From Folioceros fuciformis (taxonomy: Eukaryota): DNA of 64,000 bases. Position numbers and translations under genes: made by a program. Location of the stretch: positions 107,015-171,014 of the forward strand of contig JBNGIO010006112.1 of the NCBI GenBank assembly GCA_049999805.1, in the 5' to 3' direction. Shown here piece after piece: positions 11,258 to 22,340 of this stretch. The first letter of the stretch is position 1; each line of letters opens with the position of its first letter. The notes beneath the pieces are model-generated. The model was not told the origin of the DNA. It searched no databases and saw only the letters and a list, made by a program, of their open reading frames with translations.

Positions 11258-12692
11258 TCAACGGTGCTCCTTGTCGGTACAAGCAAACCAAGACGAGGTG
11301 ATGTCGGCTATTTCCCTGTCCAGAGTGGCCCTGTCTTCTTCCGTCAGTCCGTAGTCATCCAAGTACTCCTCGTCATTGGCGAGCATGCCGGCAATGGCTC
11401 GTCTGATCTGCCTCTCATCCACCGGTGGGATCTCAATGTCATCAATTCCATGATCTCTTAGGCACTGTATGCGCTGTTCCCGCCATTGGCGAAGACACTG
11501 AAGAAGAGCTGGGGCTAGATACACGTCAGAATAGCTTGACGAGCTGGTGCTAGCATTATCGGGCCCCTCGTAGGACTCGGCAACGGATGCGGGTGCAAGC
11601 TCAGTCTCTTGGCTGTTGGCGGAGACCTTGGTCTCCTCCTTCTGTCCGTCATATCGAAGGTGGTCTTGGCTTGTCTGGTCGGAACCAACGAGCTTGCTCG
11701 AGTGACCTGTCTCAGGGATGGGAGGGGACCCCAGTGCTCTCCACGTACTCAGCCGGAGCATCCACATCTCGCTCATCCAGCCTGCCAAGAGGACGGGTAT
11801 CTTTTCTATGACTGAAGTCAGTGTTGGAGCTAGTGGTAGAACCGACATTATAATTTGGCGACGCAGGCCTCTCCTTCGAAAGCCCGGCAGCGAATGCGGA
11901 TGCAATCCCTTGGGTGCTGGAGGAAGCCTTGCCCTTCCCCTTATCTCCATCCCAACGGTGGCTGCAGCTTGTCTGCTTGGAACTAGAAGCGCTACTACAC
12001 TGACCTGTATCAGCAAAAGGGCTAGGAAGGGTATTGCTAGTGCCCTCCACATACCTGGCTAGGGCATCCACGTCACGCAAATCAATCTTTGTCTTCAGCT
12101 TCTCCGCTAACCACTTGTTGTATGTGATCTCCTTGCGCCCTAGCGGATTTGGAATGGGCAACCACTTCTCTTTCTCGTTACGAGGAGGCCACAAGCCTAA
12201 TATCTCCCTCATGAGCTCGGGCTCTATCGTCTCGCACATCACCTCGAGTGCCAGGGTCTGGAGATCCCAAAACTTGTCGCACTCGGCCATCCAGCACACA
12301 AAGGAGCGCCCAACATCTGGGAGGTCTTCAATCATTTGTCGGACGTGGATTGTCCCTTCCTCCGTTCTTTGGATAGCCTCGCAGACCATGTTATAACACT
12401 TCATCAGGAACTCGAATACTCTACGAGCATGTGACTTCGCCGACGAGTCTGGACTACTATTGGCAAGTTCCCTTATCTCTTGAAATGCTAGAGGTTCAAG
12501 TTGGCTTTCTAAACAATATAATGCAGCCCATGGCGGCATGAACTCCTCCACTCCACCCACCCTTTCCTCCGATACCGGGTGTATCGATTCGTATCCCCAT
12601 TTGGACATGTCTTCAGCATCCTGCCCTGCCTCATCCCTACGCCCTCTCGCTTTGGTGGTCTTCCTTTTCTTACCCTTCTTCCGGTTAGGCAT
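11258..12692 (-). pseudogene. SKP1-like copy C: 326-aa ORF with its C-terminal tail in another frame (frameshift near 11720)
   Basis: PELMREILGL...ITYNKWLAEKL...DLRDVDALARYVEG, a second DERDVDAPAEYVE, and in the shifted frame DDYGLTEEDRATLDREIADITSSWF, resembling the ASK21-type DDxxDPAxKExLDREVEDF tail. Confidence 0.6.
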
Positions 12693-12911
12693 GGCTATGA
12701 TTCAGTCACACCTGGCATAAATCATGCCTACGCTTCAATCACACCTACGGTTAGTCTTGCCTATGCTTCAAATCTCACATAGGGTTGGACATGGCAATGC
12801 TTGAGTCACCCTGATGGTTAGGCATGGCTATGCTTCAATCACACCTTCCATTAGCCATGGCTATACTCGAATCACACCTTCAATAGCCATGGCTATGTTT
12901 CGACCACACCC
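12683..12911. repeat. Degenerate ~32-bp minisatellite (about 7 units) that includes the start codon of SKP1-like copy C
   Basis: Unit ggttaggcatggctatgcttcaatcacacct; the first unit contains the CAT at 12690-12692. Confidence 0.75.
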
Positions 12912-13049
12912 ACCGGAGGAGGACAACCAAGCGAACTAAGAGAAAGAGTTAGTGTAATCGCCTCGACACCCATTCTTTGAAAACCTACAACCCGAAGGTT
13001 CATTATTTCCAAATTATTAAAAATTATTTAGCGCCACATACTCCCAGGG

Positions 13050-13810
13050 CCTGCCAGTGGTTAAGCAACGCGTCTTAGCCAGGCTTCATGCCTAAGCACG
13101 GCTGAGCAAGAGGGCCCCATACGGCTGCACGGAGATATGCGCTGGTCGTGAGTGAAGGCAAATGCTCACGTCTTTGCAGCCGTCCTGCGAGATGGTGCAC
13201 TGGCCACCGCCTTGGGATCTGGCAGAAAAATACATATCTCTGAACTTGGTTGTTGGAAACTGCCTGGTGGACATGTATGCAGAATGCGGCAAATTGGAGC
13301 ACGCATGCCAGACTTTGGACAGCTGGAGGAGAAAGAATGTGGTGACATGGAATGTCCTGCTAGCTGGGTATGCCAAGCAAGGGCTATCGGAAATGAGGCA
13401 CTTGTTCTGTGTGGACAAATGGAGCAGCAAGGACCCGGGCTGTTTCAAATGGAAAGATGCAGACCCCGTTGTTGACTGCATGGCCACAAAGGATGTGCTG
13501 ACATGGAATTCGTTGGTACCTTGGAAGCAAATTGTGGCGATCTGCAACATGCACGCTAGGTTTCTGAAACCATGATCACCAAGAATGTGGCGACAGGGAA
13601 TGGCCTGATTGCTGGGTTTTGCAGAGCAAGGACGCAGCCAAGAGGCGCTCGTTGTGTATGGGAAGAGAGTGTATGCAGGGTTACCAGTTGGCTTACCATG
13701 TTACGTTTGGTTGCCTTCTGAAGCTTCTGTAAGCTCTGCTGCCTCGCACAAAGGGCAGGCAGCTGGTGTCGCAGGTTGTTGGAAGAGGACTGCTTGATAA
13801 CGTTCCGATT
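13050..13810 (+). pseudogene. PLS-class PPR pseudogene (deleted duplicate of 20750-22260)
   Basis: VVGNCLVDMYAECGKLEHACQTLDSWRRKNVVTWNVLLAGYAKQG; frameshifts and stops. Confidence 0.85.
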
Positions 13811-13872
13811 TTCGGGCTAACTGGGAATCTGTCCACAAACTTGTTGCAAATATGGCTGAAGTCCAATGAAGC

Positions 13873-15974
13873 TTACCAATCCTCCGGAGCTTTGCTGTCT
13901 ATGGTAAACGCCGGGCCTGGATTTGTTTCATACAACTTGTAGGAACCCGGCCCAGGAAAATCTTCCCTGTGATGAGTGTCATGGAGTTTGAGGCCCAAGC
14001 TGAATCCTCCGCCACTGCAGATCAGACTTTTCCGGTATTAAGCTCAGGGGCTCGTTGGCTACATATCTTCGAGCAATGGTGAAGGCAGGAGGCTGGTTCC
14101 GCATTATCTGCACGCTAGGAGTGTATACTGATGGACCTGGTGTCTTCTCCACGGGCAGGAACTCATACCTTCTTGCCATGCTGCAACCTGGGGCATGGTA
14201 GGGGTTCACTGCACTGTAGGCACCAGGGTCAGGCGTGTCGTTCTTAGTGTTTCGCGTAGCCCTGCCTGCAATTGTGAATGAAGGGCTGTCGGTTTTGATG
14301 CCCAGTTCGTAGGTGCCTGGCCCCGGGACAGGATCAGAATTTCCTGGCCCTGGCTTGCTGCCCATACTGTAGCCAGGTTGCTTGTCCCACCACTTGGCAG
14401 TGTAGGCTCCGGGGTCCGGAGTGTCATTTGCCTTCTGAGGAGGACCGGATCCAGCAATGCTATAGGCTGGGGCTGAGGAAAGAGCACGGGGATCATATGC
14501 CCCAAGCACTGGATTATCAGCAGCATGGTCTGATTTGCTCCTCCCTGCCATTGAGAACTCGGGTGACCTCCTCAATACTGGATCAATCTCAGCATTGTAG
14601 GCTCCTGGGCCAGGAGTCCTTTGCTCATTGGGATTTCCCAACCTTTGACCTAAAGTGTAGACTGGGCCTCCTATTGTGTCAACCAACCTGTATGATCCAG
14701 GTCCAGGATGGACGCTAACTGGGGTATGGTTCTCTCGTAAGCTGGCATTCTGTTTGCGACTTCCGCATCGTAGGTCCCGGGGCCAGGGAAATTGTCTCCT
14801 AGGCTCCTTCCCTGTCTCATGGCTATCGTAAAAGTTGGGCCCGCTCTCCTCAATTTCAAGTGATGGGTGCTTGGACCTGGAAGGGTATCCAAGAGCCTCT
14901 CAGGAGCTCTGTCCCATAGTGAATGCTGGCTTCTTGTCGTCCAACTGTGCTGAATACGCCCTTGGGCCTGGTGTGATGTATGGCTTGTGCATCAACCCTG
15001 CTCCGCTGATGCTCTGCGCAGAGCTTGAAGACGAGAACTTCGGGTCACACATCAAACATCGGCCCTGAATTTTCATTTACAAGCTCTGAAGAACAACGCA
15101 CTGCTATGAGTATCTGAGAGATCTGGTGGTAATGCATCTGAAATCTGGTTTGTAAGCTCCAGGCCCTGGTGTTTTCTCACAATCTGGAGGTTTCCTCCTC
15201 CTGGCCGTGCTTTCCCCGCAATGGTGTGGTGTGGAGAGTAGTTATCAGTAGGCACATTGTACGTAGCAGGTCCCTGAACATCACTTTCCAGTCCCTTGCC
15301 CACCTTACCAGCAATTGTGAAAGCCGGGCCCTTACTTGGACGACCCAATTCTGATCATTGTTTGTACATCGTCCTTTGACAGCCAGACTGATGCCAGCCG
15401 GTTTTGGGTTGCGAATCTCGTATGCTCCTGGGTATCGTCTTGATCGTGGGTCTTGAACCTTTGGCTAGGACTGAACGCTGGTACACTCGATTTGTTGCAA
15501 GGAGTGTATGCACCAGGCCGTGGAGCCGTTTCAGGGAGTTGTGCCTGCGATGGACTAGGCCGGGCATCCACTAGCCTCTACAGCTGTATATGCTCCTGGC
15601 CCTGGAGTGATGTTTGCCTCCGCTTGGTAATGTCTTGCGCTTATTGAGTATGCCGGGCCATTCCGATGGTCAACAACTTACCGCGATGCTTACTGGTTAC
15701 GGAGTAGGCAGGTGGGTGTTCCCGGGCGTAAACGTCCGTTGTGCATCACATGCTCCCGGCCCTGGCCCGCCTTCTGATGTGCTCGACAAGTGCCTTGTCG
15801 AGAAAGTGAATGCAGGGCCTCTATCATCCTTGCCAGGACTGTATGCTCCTGGTCCTGGCTGAAAGCTGTAGGATTTGCTGGTAAGTTTCTGGGCGAGAGA
15901 AAAGACTGGGGGGACGTGCAGGTGACCTTGTCATCTGCATTGTACGGGCCGGGAGCTCGCTGTCTCCTTGGCAT
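13873..15974 (-). pseudogene. Decayed duplicate of the SHIPPO/ODF3-like PG-repeat gene
   Basis: Collinear with 22341-24629 but broken by many short deletions and frameshifts (fragmented ORFs 13979-14686, 14671-14892, 15073-15348, 15690-15974). Confidence 0.92.
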
Positions 15975-16414
15975 ACTGGTATTCTCGATCCTCTAGGCGA
16001 GCACACATGAAAGCTCACTTTGTCAATCATGGCCAGATCTGGGGTAAACTGCCACTGGTGGAGATGCAGCACCTACTTGCTTCCCTCAGCGATGCTTCAC
16101 GGTGTGGTGAAGAGACAGTGTCCAAGTCCCGTGAACTGAGAACGGAACGTAACCGTAACTGCCCATCCCGGACACGCATGGATTTTCCCCCTTCGCGGGA
16201 CCCGCCACTGTCCAGAACGAGGAAGGCGGAGGGAGACTCTGATGAGACTTGCCCGCTCGCCTGCTGTGGTCAGCTAGGCTATACCGAGCTTCGCCAGGCA
16301 AATTGTTTCGTTTGGTTTGGACTGAGGAAAAGTGAACAAACCCATTTATTTACCATTTACAAATGGCTATCCAGATAATCTCTTGCCAATGTTTTTGCCT
16401 CAAGTTTTGGCCAC

Positions 16415-17680
16415 TTGTATGGAATACTGATTCAGGCACGCCCTGGACATTGATGTTTTTTTTCCTACTATATATATTTTATATGGGAATATATGGTGGG
16501 ATCCATACTGAACATAGCCACGTCATGAACATAGCCACGTCATGAACATAGCCACGTCATGAACATAGCCACGTCATGAACATAGCCACGTCACGATACC
16601 TACCTCATCACTTAAGAGGCATGTGGACCAATACGAACAAATACTATATTTTTTATTGTAGGGTTATTAAAGCACAATGTGCTTAGACTAATGTGTTTAG
16701 TCTAAGATTAGTGTCTACTTAAGTATCATTGGTTTAAATTAACTCAAGCTAATATGTAGGAAGCTTCTTGCGCAGCTTCCTGTGCGCTTCTTACGAAGCG
16801 TTCTTGGGAGCTCTTCTAGAAGGTATAAATACACTCTTGAGCTCCCATGCAATAAAACGATTGTGTGAGAGTGTGAGACCTCTCTTTCTCTTCTCCTCCT
16901 TGCTTCCTCCTTTCCTCCTTCACTATCAGCTATCCTTCATTTGGGTTCATGCACCCTCAGCTATCTTTCATTTATTTAGGTTCATGCACCCTCATCATAA
17001 CAAATCAGGATGCCACGTAGTGTTTTAAGATACACTACACACATATGAAACATGTCGGGGTTCGCAAGGGTTAGGTGGTAGTGTTTCAGAGATGCACTAA
17101 TTGACTCCGCTGTAAGGGGTCGTTTACGGTTTCGGGTTTAGGTCTAGTCTACCATGCGCACACCGACACACTTTCAATAGCAACACGGTCCCTTTATACA
17201 GCTACCCTCATTCAATCCAATGTGCATCCACTTAAAAAACTAGATCCTACATTCCCAAGAAACTAGCCTCATATGGTTTTTCTTGCAAAATTGCTAACAC
17301 AAACTTTTTGCTTTAGGTGCTTCTCAAAATCCACTTCATGCATGGAAACAGCTCTTACGAGAGGAAGGGGATCTGTTCAGTGCCTTAGGGGGGTGTGTGC
17401 CGTGGGGTGAGACCCTATGTAGCTTTGCCTTGCCCTCATGGGCTGTAAAATAAAGGTGGGCATTTCATTCCCCACTATCGTTTGTTTGTTCTCCTTGTCC
17501 TCCTCACATCCATGTGATTGCATAGCAAGGAAGGCAAGAAGGGACGTCTTCTTTAGCAGGTTCTGGATTGGAGTGCCGAAAACTCAGAAATGAAATTAAG
17601 GCCAATTAGGGGTGTGCACGGAGGCAAGAGAGATGTGTGCACAACGGACACGGTGAGTGGAGACCGCTGTAAACCTTGCC
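16415..17680. mobile_element. Second partial copy of the repeat element at 8710-9975, with extra sequence at ~16605-16980
   Basis: 16417-16520 matches 8709-8835; 16980-17680 matches 9266-9975. Confidence 0.65.
16509..16593. repeat. Perfect 17-bp x5 array (TGAACATAGCCACGTCA), each unit carrying a CCACGTCA bZIP site
   Basis: Five exact units counted directly. Confidence 0.95.
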
Positions 17681-17682
17681 CC

Positions 17683-17980
17683 AACAAAAAAACAAAGTGA
17701 ATGACTGTGAGTGAAGAGAGACAGATCCAAAGCTCTAACCCTAACAAAAAACACAAAGTGAATGACTGTGAGTGGAGAGAGACGTATCCAAACGTGTGAG
17801 GGATAAAATATTATTGTAGGTATCCCGATAAGGACACCTAGATGGCGGACGGATCCAAATGTATGAGAGATAAAATATTATAGTAGGTATCCCGATAAGG
17901 ACACCTAGATGGCGGACGGATCCAAACGTGTGAGGGATAAAATATTATTGTACGTATCCCGATAAGGACACCTAGATGGC
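17683..17980. repeat. Compound minisatellite: ~60-bp x2 followed by 67-bp x3
   Basis: aacaaaaaa..caaagtgaatgactgtgagtg x2; atccaaa.gtgtgagggataaaatattattgtaggtatcccgataaggacacctagatggc x3. Confidence 0.85.
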
Positions 17981-20749
17981 AGCCTACGACCGAAGGGAGG
18001 AAGATGTGTTATGTTCAAAAGTTTGGACTGTATATGACCGTATAAAACTTTGTGTGAAATCCAGTAGAATTGTATCAGTATTCCATACACTTGGTAGAGG
18101 CCATATGCTAAGTGTCCCGAGAGCACACTATTTTACTACATGAATGTGGCATATCATATTATAATTCTACTACCGTGCATTTCTACACACTCCACTACAA
18201 TACCACCTTCATTGTGGCGATGCATTGAATGCAATACAAATTCTCAATACAAAGGATAAGGGTAGGCAATATGGCATGCCAAAGCGGACAAAGGTTGTCT
18301 ACCCTCGGTTGCAACATAAAAACCATAACGAATGGCCTATTTGGTGCTCGAACAGAAATTACCCTCCTTCGCAAAGAGGACATCTATGCTGGCATGAAAA
18401 AACTAGAGCATTCTCGCAATCATACTGTTCTTGTTTCCCCTTGTCTGATCAAAAGCACTCTACACACCCATAATATGATGGCTCTCCAACTCCTCGTGTC
18501 TTACAGCTTTGCACGGCGCACCTCTATGGAATGCATATCGAGGTAGAGGGGTAGTGCCTCACGTTCCAAGCACACTCCATGGTCAGTGCCTACAACCCTT
18601 GCGTCTATAGGGGCACCTACACTAGCTTAAGGGTTGTAAGGGCACCTCACAAGCGGCCCGACACCGCTTGCCCTTGGAATTTATGTGTGCACTCAAAATT
18701 AGATCCTTGAGATACTCTAATATTGTACAAGGTTGCCTATTATCCCATGTATTCCAAGTACATACAGGTCACTACAGCATGCCAAAGGGTATGGAATACA
18801 AATGCGAACAAGAACTACATACTCATGTTTTTCAGTTGGAATACATATTTTATATGCAAATATTCTACAGCATCTAAGGAATATTCCTCTACTCTACCTC
18901 GCGATGTCATCCAACCCTAGCTATACACCCTAGCTATACACCGTATAGCAAAGGGTTTGAACAGAAAGAGAAAGAAACAAAGAGAAAGAAACAGTTTCCA
19001 AAAGGGACACAGTGTTTTTTCTCATTTCCGGTCATACAAAGTGTCTTTTATCCCACGGTCATGTCTATAGGCAGCTATGCAGGGACACCGCCATTCCCCT
19101 CATATAGCACAATGGTGAGGCTGTGGGCATGGTTAGCATCGCCCACAGCTTTGGGTTTAACATCTGCAGCAACGCTGATGCGTCAGCTTCACGTTGCCCC
19201 CCGCCCCTCTCGCTGTAGTCTCTGCCATCCTCTACTTCAAGGTTTCGCAGTCCCCTTCGCACTGCCGCCGCCACGGCCTTCTCCCTTTTTCCGGACCTCG
19301 CATGCCCGCTCCCCTGCTCACTTGGCTTGCACCAAACAGGCCCGCTCCCCTGCTCACTTAGTCTGCACCAATCAGGCTCGCGTGCCTACTCCCTTGGCCT
19401 GTAGTAAAGTCGCCTGCTCGCCGGCTCCCTACCCTGCACCCTCCCAAGCACTCGCACCTGGCCACATTGTATGCCAGCCTAACTAACTAAAAAAAAGGAA
19501 TGAGTGTGAGTGGAGGAGATGGACCGGGACGTAAGGGATAAAACAAAGTAGGACTTTGTGCTCTATGACTGAAGCGGGCACAAACGTTATGTCCAAACTA
19601 TTTGCACCATGTACCGCCGCCCTAAAATTTCTGTGACACAGAAAGAACTCCTGTCCGTATGGGTATTCCATAAAAGGGACAACTACTCTTTCTATGTTTT
19701 TCTAGAGGGGATGCTTATTCTCTCTAAGTTTTTTTAAAAACACAGACTAACCCTATCCCGTTTGGCACGTATGCAAATTTTAGGCTCATTGTCGACAGAA
19801 GACATGGGGCAGGTAAGGCCGCATCTAAACCTACTGTATGGGGTGTCGCTTCCAAGAGTTTCGCTTGTAAGCTTGGCAGCGTTTAGCTAACTTAATCTGA
19901 TTTTTTTTCTTCAAGACAATGTGCATACATAGCTCCAAAAAAGTGCTCCCACATGCGTTCCCTAAGCCGCTCCGCCTCCCCCTCGCTAGTCATTGATGTT
20001 GTTTGCGCGATCCGAACGCAGCGAGGGCCACATGTTGGACAACAGACCAAAAAACCACGGCCTACCCTAGGCGTCCTGGAAACACGGATGAAAGACATTA
20101 GCGCCGGGCTACGTTTAGTGAGGCCGATAAACTCGTTAATTAATTATTCTTGTCGTAAGTGGATTTGTGGAAATGAGCCCTAAAAAACAGCATGTTGGGT
20201 CGATTAGCAGCTGGTTTCCTTGCGTATGCCGGTCGGGCGTAGTGTCTGTGCATAATGTTGGAGGATCCCGGATAAGCCTGAACCTCGCGGGCCATGAACC
20301 CAGCACTTCCAAGTTCTAGAAACTGCGTGGGTGAGTTCCAACAGGAGTGCCAGCGATGTCGTGGCCAGGAGCAGGAGGTTTTGTGGCAGCAATTCTTTCT
20401 GGACTTATCAAGGGGTGGGGCGATGGACTCCATGACAAGATCTCCCCTAGGATACGCAAATGGGTCACGGTGCGTTTGCAGCCAAGTCGAGCTCTCCGGA
20501 TAGGCTTGAGCTTGGCAGGCTTCCAGGAGCGGAAGTGGGTTCTGGGCGCAGCAGTGTGAGGAGCACAGCACCTCCACTTCCGAGAAACTGATCTATGGGA
20601 GAGGAGAGGGGGTTTGTTTTCAGCGATGGTCGTCGCCAGGAGCAGGGGGATGTGTAGCAATGCCTTATGCTGGACCCTGCCAGGTGGTGGACAACAGTCA
20701 GCGGAAGCAGACCTGCCGTTTGCCTTACATCCGGCGTAGGGAGGCCGGG

Positions 20750-22260
20750 CAGGGCCTGTGGTTAGACCACGTGTCTTAGCCAGGCTTCATGCTGAGCACG
20801 GGTGAGCAGGAGGGACCATATGGCTGCACGGAGATATGCGCTGGTCGTGTGTGAAGGCAAATGCTCACGTCTTTGCAGCCGTCCTGCAAGATTGTGCACT
20901 GGTCGCCGCCTTGGGATGTGGCAGAAAAATACATTTCTCTGAACTCGGTTGTTGGCTACTGCCTGTTGGACATGTATGCAGAATGTGGCAAATTGAAGCA
21001 TGCACGCCATACTTTGGACAGCTGGAGGAGAAAGAATGTGGTAACATGAAATGTCCTGGTAGCTGGGTATGCCAAACAAGGGCTGTCGGAAATGAGGCAC
21101 TTGTTCTGTGTGGACAAATGGAGCAGCAGGGACCCGGGCTGAATTTAGCTAAGCATGTTACTTTTAACTTGCCTCCTCCAGGCTTTGTAAGCACTGGTGC
21201 CTTGTAGACGGGCAGGCAGCTGCGTTCACTGATTGTTGAAATAGGGACTGTTGGATGGCATACATTCTGGCCAAGTAGACCCGTATGCAACATGTTTCAA
21301 CTGGAAAGATGCAGACCCGGTTTTTTACTGCATGGCCACATACGATTTGCTGACATGGAAGCGAATTGTGGCGAACTGCAACATGCACGCTGTTTTGGAA
21401 ACCATGATCACCAAGAATGTGGCGACATAAAGGATCCTGATTGCTGGGTTTGCAGAGCAAGGAGCCAACCATGGTTTGGCTTACTATGTTACGATTGGTT
21501 GCTTTCTGAAGCTTGTGTAAGCTCTGCTGCCTCGCAGACAGGGCAGGCAGATCGAGAACTGGAAGAGGACTGTTTGATAACGTTCCGCTGAGCATTTTCA
21601 ACTGCATGTAGGATAAACGTGTGAAATGGAAGATGCACGTCAGGTATTTGGACATCATGGAGACACAGAAGGTGGTACCATAGACCACTCTGAACTCCAG
21701 GTATGCCGAGCGCGGCCAGGAGGTGCTTCTCCTGAACAAATAAACGGAGCCGAATTGCCTGATTTCGGCTAAGCATGTTACTTTTGCTTGCCTTCTGAAG
21801 GCGAGTTCGAGCTCTGCTGCCTTGCACGTCGGGAGGCATTGTAGCTGACGGATTGTTGAAAAGGACTGCTGGGTGACAGAGCCGCGCGGTTGCCTGATGG
21901 ACATTTTATGCAAAATGTGGTGGACTGGCAGACGCACGCCACGTATTTGTCAACATGAACACAAAGGATGTGGTGACGTGGACCGCCTGATTTCTGGGTG
22001 TGGTACTTGTGATGATGGTCACAAAGCACTTGCTTGGTTTGAGGAGATTCCAGTCGTGCTTGATGGTGCAACTTTTAGTTGCTTTCCAGTGGCATGCAGT
22101 GGCGAGGGACTGGTGTATTAGGGTCTTGAGCATTCAATTCCATGGGTGAACAGCATGGCGTCAATCCTACTGTTGAGCGTTACGATTGCATGTTTCATTT
22201 CTTGGCGTGCGGGCCATGTAGATGAGGCTGAGAAGATGCCCGTGCCCTAGTGTTCTGTAC
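20750..22260 (+). pseudogene. PLS-class PPR pseudogene including the terminal P2-L2-S2 region
   Basis: LLDMYAECGKLKHARHTLDSWRRKNVVT and LDGATFSCFPVACSGEGLV...HGVNPTVERYDCM...AGHVDEAEKM; many stops and frameshifts. Confidence 0.85.
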
Positions 22261-22340
22261 CATTTGAGCTCGTTGGTCTTCGGGCTACCTGGGAATCTGT
22301 CTACAAACTTGTTGCAAATAAGGCTGAAGTCTAATGAAGC

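Larger units (their letters stand above)
13050..16342. repeat. Segmental direct duplication of 20750-25012 (PPR relic plus SHIPPO gene and its upstream region), with deletions
   Basis: Collinear from gtcttagccaggcttcatgc (13072/20772) to ggactga.gaaaagtgaacaaa (16320/24991). Confidence 0.92.

Noticed and set aside
16605-16997. Possible solo LTR (TATAAATA, AATAAA, CT-rich tract)
   Set aside because: No convincing TG...CA boundaries with a TSD could be fixed.
16509-17980. Tandem arrays as possible CRISPR arrays
   Set aside because: Units are head-to-tail with no unique spacers, there are no cas genes and the context is eukaryotic. The same applies to 29433-29596 and 58989-59155.
18000-20740. 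Short ORFs and small hairpins (possible transposase relic or Helitron end)
   Set aside because: No recognisable protein motif, and the hairpins are not followed by a CTRR terminus; left unannotated.
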